DNA of 64,000 bases from Verrucomicrobiia bacterium (GTDB lineage: Bacteria; Verrucomicrobiota; Verrucomicrobiia; Limisphaerales; UBA1319): contig OY760937.1 of the NCBI GenBank assembly GCA_963664225.1, forward strand, positions 3,168,001 to 3,232,000, written 5' to 3'. Position 1 is the stretch's first letter. Every line of letters starts with the position of its first letter. The position numbers and the translations under genes are program-made. Of the stretch, positions 58,401 to 64,000 are shown one piece after another. The notes under the pieces were generated by a model. That model was not told the DNA's origin and searched no databases. It saw only the letters and a list, made by a program, of their open reading frames with translations.

Positions 58401-59064
58401 TGGGATAAATATCCAGAATGCCCCCGCGCAGGGAAAATTCGCCCGGCTGGGTGACCTTGGCCTCCGGCTCATAACCCTGTTCCTCGAGCCAGACCGCCAG
58501 TGTCCCCGGCTCGATGTGTTCCGCGCGCGCGACGGCCCGGGTGCGATCACGCAAGGCCCCGGGTGAAAACGTACTCTGCATCAGGGCGGAAATCGTGGTG
58601 ACGATCACGGGCGCGGATGTCGATGGCGCGGTCAAATCCACAGGGGATTGAAGACTCAACAATGCCGTGAGTGTGTTGAGGCGGTCGCTGATGACATCGA
58701 TGTGGGGCAGCTTGCCTTCATGCGGCAGGTTTTCCCACGCGGGATAAAAAAAGGCGGCGTGTGAGGAAGCGGCGTTCGCGGCGGTGACTTCTGCAGGGGA
58801 CGAATCGAGAAACCGGAGCCAGTTTTCAACGTCCTGCTGGAGGATTTCCTGGGTCTTGCGGCCGGTGGTCACGGCCATGATGGCGCGGTCCGGAAATTGG
58901 TGACGCAACACGGCGCACAAAAACGGCTGGGCTCCCGTGCTGACTCCGCCCAGGGACAAAAGTCCCCCATTCTCCATGCGCCGCAGCAAATCCTGCACAG
59001 CGGGAGATTTCAATGCGCGTTCGATCAAAGCGGCGCCATCCGCGTTTGGACGGTTCTGCGCCAA
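55465..59064 (-). CDS. mfd: Transcription-repair coupling factor
   Basis: RGGILDIYP, GDYVVHLQHGIG, GDVGFGKTE, DEEQRFG, QLRGRVGR, RDLEIRGAG. Confidence 0.96.
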   Translation of the reverse strand: MAQNRPNADGAALIERALKSPAVQDLLRRMENGGLLSLGGVSTGAQPFLCAVLRHQFPDRAIMAVTTGRKTQEILQQDVENWLRFLDSSPAEVTAANAASSHAAFFYPAWENLPHEGKLPHIDVISDRLNTLTALLSLQSPVDLTAPSTSAPVIVTTISALMQSTFSPGALRDRTRAVARAEHIEPGTLAVWLEEQGYEPEAKVTQPGEFSLRGGILDIYPITAAQPVRLEFFGDELESLRWFDPSTQMSIGPLEQILLPPGGELGLLRQVEIQAREQGRPIEGLGAFTDYLPANSIILLLEPDLLEEQAALYEAQIPVKDAFYIPWSQTRERFEANGSTAVELSELAMENEDMAMTSLDAYRPMDVQAPDPQVAEAQRLEFFAQLHRWSRQGYAVRVFCNNAGELQRFKEVWAECGLGNPESSPEMEPMETFIGTLSRGFLLDDTRLVVVTDAEVFGRYRVPSARRLKSPQARVTRSALEIDFTELEEGDYVVHLQHGIGRYCGLQVMPFNATRRRGEDVNLRKEPGQGQECLVIEYAASSPDQEPPKLYVPVTEAHLVGKYVGAGKVRPPLNTLGGARWAKARAQAEHAVRDLASELLSIQAARAAQMGHSFPPDTPWQREFESSFLYEETPGQHKAILDAKTDMENPKPMDRLICGDVGFGKTEVALRAVFKAVMSGKQAAVLVPTTVLAQQHFNTFRERMADYPVRIELLSRYRSRAQQKRAVQDLASGAVDVVIGTHRLIQDDITFKDLGLVVIDEEQRFGVLHKERFKRLRHLVDVLTLSATPIPRTLYLALTGARDMSTIETPPHDRLPVETQVIAYDERVIRDAILREINRQGQVFFLHNRVATIGIVADRIRALVPQARLVVGHGQMESDELEDIMSQFINGQADVLVSTTIIESGLDIPNANTIIIDRADRFGLSDLYQLRGRVGRYKHQAYAYLLLPRHAGLLSDARKRLSAIKQYSSLGSGFKIAMRDLEIRGAGNLLGPQQSGHITAVGFELYCQLLKQSVSALKGEPVKKRIDVSVRIDFIHLQPGIPALEEAEKPAVQSKDQISIPREVATWHSEPSARAIDTPVPVRHAAAFVPYDYVPDDRQRVEIYRKLAQANDQESLSALKNECRDRFGPLPESLELLLSIAELKILAAGKGVSEIETRLDKLMLKRNKDYIMMSGKFPRMTKKTASARLKEIKKLLLAL

Positions 59065-59383
59065 GCGGGTTCAAACTCGCACGGAGACGGCGGATTCGTC
59101 AAGCGGGGTTGCAGGAAGGCAAAAGTGGCAAACCGCACTTTGAAAAACACGTCTCCGGCACAGTGCGGCCCGGACGACTTTTTCTCCCTGACTCTTCTAT
59201 CTGGTTGAATGAAACGGGATTGGGGTTAGGATGGATTGTCGAAATCGATATGAATTGGCGGGTGGCAGATTGGCGAACCTGGATCGCCGGGAATGGGTAT
59301 GGCGTCGAACGCGTCCCTTATGCAAGAGATGCAACAGATGCAGCAGTGAGAAATGGCGCGACCGAAACGCGTCTTGTAGTTTC

Positions 59384-60283
59384 ATGACATCGGAAAATCC
59401 ATTTGTGCCTGTTGAAAAAGCCCCGGAATCTCATTCCCCGGCCTCATCGAATGTCGCGCCCAAGCCCGACGAACCGCAGGCCTGGCAGCCGCTGACCTTC
59501 GGGGGCGTGGCGCGTTTTGCGCGGGCTCATCTCGCGCGCATTTACCTGATGCAGATTCTGTTTGCCGCAATCAGCGGCGGGGTGTGCATCTGGTTTTTTG
59601 CCACGGCATGGTCCCCGGTGATCGGAGAGGCCATCCGGCAACTGCCCGAACAGGGCGCGTTAAATCGGGGCGTCCTGGAGTGGAAGGGTCATTTCCCTGT
59701 GCGTTTGGCGGCCTCCGCCCATGTGAGCATTGCCGTGGATCTGGACGTTTCGATGCCGGACGCGGAGGTGGGGGATTGGGTGTTTGTCTTCAACCGCAAG
59801 GAGATTCTGGCCTCTTCAATTTTCGGTGTCTTCGCCGCATCGTATCCAAGGGAATGGAGTTTTCCCGTGAACCGGCCATATCTCGAGCCCTGGTGGGGCG
59901 CGCATAAGCCCTTCCTTCTTGCGGGCATTGGCGTGGCGGTGGGTGTGGCACTGCTGGTGTGCTGGATGATCATGAGCCTGGTCTATGCGCCGGTGGTGCG
60001 CCTGGGGGCATTCATTCTGGACCGAAAACTTTCCATGTCCGGCGCGTGGCGACTGGCCATGATGGCGTTGATGCCCGGATCGCTTTGGGTCTGTGTCAGC
60101 CTGATTCTGTATGAGACGCGCACCCTCGAGATCATCGGCTTTCTCGCCGCTTACATCCTCCATTTTATCGTGGGCTGGGTGTATGTGACCGGCGCGCTCT
60201 ACAACCTCCCGAGCTCGATTTCCAGCGCTGAGGCTAATCCATTTGACGCCAGTGCGTCACCGCCGGCCGAGCAGAACCTTTAA
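59384..60283 (+). CDS. Hypothetical membrane protein (DUF1189-like topology)
   Basis: One N-terminal TM, soluble loop, about three C-terminal TMs. Confidence 0.7.
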   Translation: MTSENPFVPVEKAPESHSPASSNVAPKPDEPQAWQPLTFGGVARFARAHLARIYLMQILFAAISGGVCIWFFATAWSPVIGEAIRQLPEQGALNRGVLEWKGHFPVRLAASAHVSIAVDLDVSMPDAEVGDWVFVFNRKEILASSIFGVFAASYPREWSFPVNRPYLEPWWGAHKPFLLAGIGVAVGVALLVCWMIMSLVYAPVVRLGAFILDRKLSMSGAWRLAMMALMPGSLWVCVSLILYETRTLEIIGFLAAYILHFIVGWVYVTGALYNLPSSISSAEANPFDASASPPAEQNL

Positions 60284-62083
60284 GTTCATGAACGCCGTGG
60301 TCATGGCCTCGCGGTCCGCCTCCCGATATTTCTCGGGCAGATAGCGCCGGTCCGAGCACGACAGAACCGCGGCCAGTTCCTGAAGCGCCAGAAGATTCGG
60401 GTCCAGTGGATCGATGAACGATCCGGCGGCCGCTTCAAAGTCCTCCAATTGCACGTCCGTGTCCCGCTTTGCGAGAACGGCGCGTTCCTGCGCGCGGACG
60501 AGCACCGCTTCCGTGTCCGAGCCGGTCAGCGGGCGGGTGCCCAGTTGCGCGCGTATGAAATCCTTCACCGGATCGGACAGGGCGATTTTTCGGGAACGCG
60601 CCACCGTGGAGAATAGTTCCAGCACCTCGTCCGGCGTTTGCGCGGGAAACAGCGGGATGCTCAAGCCGAAACGACCCTGGCGTTTCATGTCGATGGCCAG
60701 CAGGTCCGGGCGCGAAGTCATGGCGATCCACAGCTCGCGGCCCCGCAGCGAGGAATCGCCGATGTGCGCCGCGAACGTGGCGAAGACCCGCCCCGAAATG
60801 CCGCTGTCGTCGCTGCCTCCCTCGCGGGTGCCGAACACCGCGTCCGCCTCGTCCACCACCACAATGACAGGCCCCAGCGCGCGGATGGTCATGAGGATGC
60901 GCATTTGCTGGAGCTCCGTATCGCCCACCCATTTGGAGCGAAACTCGCCCAATTCCATCACCGGCAACCCGCATTCCGCCGCAAAACAATCCACAATGAA
61001 CGACTTGCCCACACCCACGCGTCCGGGCAGCAGCGCGCCGCGTTCGAGCACCTCGCGTTTGCCGTTTTTGATCAGCCATGCCAACTCGCGCAACTTAATC
61101 TTCGCCGCCGCGTGCGTGGCCACGGAATCCAGATTAATGCCGGGCTTGGGATTCTTGAACCGCACCAATCCCTGGCAGAATTCCTCGATCAGCCGCTTTT
61201 TGCCCGACGCCACCTGAGCGGAGGTAACCCGCACGCCGTTGCGCACCGCTTCGGCCAGCAAATGTTCGATTCGCAGCAGGTTCAAGCCGGACAACTGCAC
61301 GGCCAGTTCCTCCAGCGTGTAGTCCGACCATTCCGCCGCTGGCTTGCCATCGACCAACCCCTTGATCGTGTCAGATTGGAGGAATCCCGTGCGCTCCTCG
61401 GCGTCCGGCATGTCGATGTCGATCTGGGCCACATGCGGATTTTGAAGCAGGTCGGCGTTGAGTTTTCCGGCGGATTCGGCCACCAGGAACACCCCCACGT
61501 CCAGCCGGCGCATCTCCGGGGATGCCGCCCATTTGAGCAGCGTGACCAGCGCCATGCGTTCGTCGTTGCTCGCATAGGCGTCCGTGGCCGACGGGATGAT
61601 TTTCTCCGCAAAATCGATCACCAGCGTGACGCCGCCGTCCTTTTCCTCGGCCATGCGCATGAAAAACCGGCGCAGCACCGGGGCCAGCTTGATGAACTCG
61701 CGCGGCGGTCCCTGCGACCGAAAGCTCGTATTCTCCACCTGGTCATAGATTTCCAGCCACGCGAAAAAGCGCTTCTGCATCGCGGCAGAGCCGAACGTCA
61801 ACCCGTCACCGATATCGTAGAATAAAAGAAACTCGCGCTCGGGAAATATCCGTCGCGCCAGAAAAGTCTTCAGCGGGACATAGGTGGGGCCATTGCCATC
61901 CTGAACGGGAAACACATCATAGATGTTCCCATGCAGCACGAAGAGGGAATAAGTCCCGGCGTTCCAGCGTCGGGCCAGTTCGAGAGCCCAGCCCCGCAAC
62001 GGCAGCCGCGTGGGAGCAATGGCTGTCGGCGCGGGTTCAATCTTGACTGGCGCGACGGTCTTTGCGGAATTTTCCTGTGTCAT
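60257..62083 (-). CDS. AAA+ ATPase (degenerate N-terminal + classical AAA domain)
   Basis: GRVGVGKS, RSKWVGDTE, VVVDEAD, TSRPDLL, RQGRF. Confidence 0.88.
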   Translation of the reverse strand: MTQENSAKTVAPVKIEPAPTAIAPTRLPLRGWALELARRWNAGTYSLFVLHGNIYDVFPVQDGNGPTYVPLKTFLARRIFPEREFLLFYDIGDGLTFGSAAMQKRFFAWLEIYDQVENTSFRSQGPPREFIKLAPVLRRFFMRMAEEKDGGVTLVIDFAEKIIPSATDAYASNDERMALVTLLKWAASPEMRRLDVGVFLVAESAGKLNADLLQNPHVAQIDIDMPDAEERTGFLQSDTIKGLVDGKPAAEWSDYTLEELAVQLSGLNLLRIEHLLAEAVRNGVRVTSAQVASGKKRLIEEFCQGLVRFKNPKPGINLDSVATHAAAKIKLRELAWLIKNGKREVLERGALLPGRVGVGKSFIVDCFAAECGLPVMELGEFRSKWVGDTELQQMRILMTIRALGPVIVVVDEADAVFGTREGGSDDSGISGRVFATFAAHIGDSSLRGRELWIAMTSRPDLLAIDMKRQGRFGLSIPLFPAQTPDEVLELFSTVARSRKIALSDPVKDFIRAQLGTRPLTGSDTEAVLVRAQERAVLAKRDTDVQLEDFEAAAGSFIDPLDPNLLALQELAAVLSCSDRRYLPEKYREADREAMTTAFMNLKVLLGRR

Positions 62084-62123
62084 GGTTTCGTGCTTTGTTG
62101 CCCTTTGCGAACTCGATCCTCCA

Positions 62124-63083
62124 TCAGCGTCCGCCTTGCGCCGTGCGCGAACGCGCGCTGGCGGCATTTGGAATGGGTTTTGCGATCACCGGCGGCACCA
62201 CGGTCTGGTAGCCAATTCGCACATCCGTGGCGGGCATGTCCCCGGCCAGATCCTTGAACTCGTCCAGCTCGGTCAGCCACTTGTTGGTCTGGTCCAGGTG
62301 CTCCACCGTGGCATCAATGCGCGCGGTCAGGCTCTCGGCGTTCCGGGTGGCCACGGCGTCGGCGCGAATGAGCTTGATCTGCTGGTCCAGACGCTCCTGT
62401 TCGGAAACGGCGAGATCGAGATTTTCGTGAGCCTGTTGCACCCGTTGCAGACGCTTGTGCAGGACTTCGAGACGTTCCATCCGGGATTCAAGCAGACGCT
62501 GGCGCGAGTCCACGGCCGGACCGCCACCCTTGGCCTTGAGGGCATCGACCTCGGCGCATAGGGTTTTGGCCTCCGCCTCGGCCGCGGTGACCAGTGCGGG
62601 CACGTCGTCACGACGTTCGGTTTCCAGAAAACGCTCCAGGGATTCCTCGATGCACAGCAGCCGCAGATAGGTCCACATCAATTCATCGAGCTTGCGCAGG
62701 CGCGGATCGGTGTTGGGATCGCTGGATAGGGGATTATCCGCGCTGGCCTCCTCGATGTCTCGGCACACCCCGGCGAGCGCATTGTAGCGTTCCCGTCCGG
62801 ATTGGCCTAGCGCACCCAGCAACGCCTCGCGCTTTTGAACAAAGACGGCAATCTGGGCCATGGCCTCGGCGCGTTTTTGCTGTTCGTCGCGGCGGTTCAC
62901 CCACCCCTTGAAGAAGGGCATCTCCGGCAGGTAAATCCATCCCAGGGCGTAAATGGTGGCCCCGGCGATCAATCCCAGCGCGCTCGCACTCAAAAAGCCA
63001 GCCCCCAGCGTCACCAATCCCAGCCAGACATGGTGCGGGCTTTTTAAAAACTCACCGTGGTAATTGGGCGGTTGTTCGTCCAT
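62124..63083 (-). CDS. 2-TM anchored coiled-coil hypothetical protein
   Basis: N-terminal TM hairpin followed by a long heptad helical region; directly upstream of the AAA gene. Confidence 0.75.
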   Translation of the reverse strand: MDEQPPNYHGEFLKSPHHVWLGLVTLGAGFLSASALGLIAGATIYALGWIYLPEMPFFKGWVNRRDEQQKRAEAMAQIAVFVQKREALLGALGQSGRERYNALAGVCRDIEEASADNPLSSDPNTDPRLRKLDELMWTYLRLLCIEESLERFLETERRDDVPALVTAAEAEAKTLCAEVDALKAKGGGPAVDSRQRLLESRMERLEVLHKRLQRVQQAHENLDLAVSEQERLDQQIKLIRADAVATRNAESLTARIDATVEHLDQTNKWLTELDEFKDLAGDMPATDVRIGYQTVVPPVIAKPIPNAASARSRTAQGGR

Positions 63084-63265
63084 GCGTTGTTAACGCAAGA
63101 TAATTTACAAGAAAAGGCGGCCTGTGGCCATGCTTTTTCTCACTGGCCTGAATCTAAGCCGGAGCGGGGCCGGGCGCGACTACAGCCTGAGGGCCGTTTT
63201 GTAACGGGCTCGGAGTGCTGGAAAGGGATGTCACGCGAAGCGGCGAAGGCGCGAAGTGGATTAAA

Positions 63266-64000
63266 CCCGAACTCCGAAGTTAGGTCGGTTTTTTTAGGGA
63301 ACCGCTAACCCCTCCGGTCATATTCCGCCCCCTCCGAAAGCTTGCCGGGCTTCCGGTGGCACCAACTTCGGCGACGCGCTTTTCAACCAGTTCAACGTGG
63401 TTTCTATCAACGGCTTGTGTTTAGCCAGTCCACCCCAGGCCGCCGAGAGCCTCACCACCACATCACGCCCCATCGTTCCCAAGAGGGCTCCCGCCAGAAA
63501 AACCGTCGTCCGCAATGTTCCTGGCTGGCGGTATGGCTGGGTTGGAGTGGTCTGATGCTGGTAAAGACTCAGCAGGTTGAATGTGAAGAGCACCGCCAGA
63601 AACGCCGACTCGGTGGCGAAAAACGATTTCAGGCAAAAACCGTTGGCAGCCAGATCATTCTTCAGCTCCTCGATCCGCTGCTCGATGGTGGCCCTTCCGT
63701 TGTAGTCCCTCCACAGTTCCAGCGCGCCTTCACTTCGGTTGGTGACGCACACTCGAAAGGTGTAACCGGGCACATCAATGAGCTTGCGACCCAGAGCCTC
63801 CTTGTCTTCCCTGATCCGCTCCCGCAGCACCACGAATCGCCGGGCAGTGGACCAGCCAAAGAGTTGGGCTCTAAACTCCCCCACGGCATGATTTTCATCG
63901 ATGGCTTTCCAGTTCTGGATTCCCACGCAATGGTATTTGATCGTGGAGGTCATGCGCGCCACCACAATGTAGGTTAATTTGCGCATTTCCAAAAACGTCA
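63266..64000 (-). mobile_element. IS1380-family element (partial)
   Basis: End CCCGAACTCCGAAGT preceded by TTAAA; contains the transposase C-terminus. Confidence 0.75.
63318..64000 (-). CDS. IS1380 transposase, C-terminal part (5' end off window)
   Basis: RRFVVLRE, VTN, YNGRATIEQRIEELKND, FNL. Confidence 0.85.
   Translation of the reverse strand, partial: TFLEMRKLTYIVVARMTSTIKYHCVGIQNWKAIDENHAVGEFRAQLFGWSTARRFVVLRERIREDKEALGRKLIDVPGYTFRVCVTNRSEGALELWRDYNGRATIEQRIEELKNDLAANGFCLKSFFATESAFLAVLFTFNLLSLYQHQTTPTQPYRQPGTLRTTVFLAGALLGTMGRDVVVRLSAAWGGLAKHKPLIETTLNWLKSASPKLVPPEARQAFGGGGI

Noticed and set aside
1..64000. tRNA/rRNA genes, prophage, integron integrase
   Set aside because: None recognised by eye; tRNAscan-SE, barrnap and IntegronFinder would confirm.

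Overview
A 64-kb GC-rich bacterial window. Gene content and repeat families suggest Verrucomicrobiota or another PVC lineage (inference). The housekeeping backbone is ileS, an ABC-F ATPase, yebC, mfd and a beta-CASP RNase. Accessory content: (i) a BspA-type LRR surface protein; (ii) nested mobile DNA, comprising a 9-bp-TSD MITE family carrying REP-like hairpins, two IS110 elements whose bridge-RNA guides can be read against their own donor and target junctions, an ORF-less group IIC intron, an IS1380 with a related MITE, and an IS200-like TnpA with flanking palindromes; (iii) an IclR-linked catabolic locus joining hydrazine-synthase-like heme proteins to LsrF, DhaKL and a sugar isomerase; (iv) an MmeI-like type IIL R-M gene plus a putative nuclease, bounded by direct repeats; (v) a FabF-like ketosynthase coupled to two histidine kinases; (vi) RtcB2 paired with an ArfB/C12orf65-like factor rather than PrfH; (vii) a Tat-exported sugar cluster. 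The most striking unexplained structure is a tandem array of three putative sibling small RNAs at 35517-36010. Each has an ECF-sigma-like promoter, a covarying hairpin, a conserved seed block and an intrinsic terminator, and a candidate antisense target lies within the window. All calls were made by eye, with no database searches.
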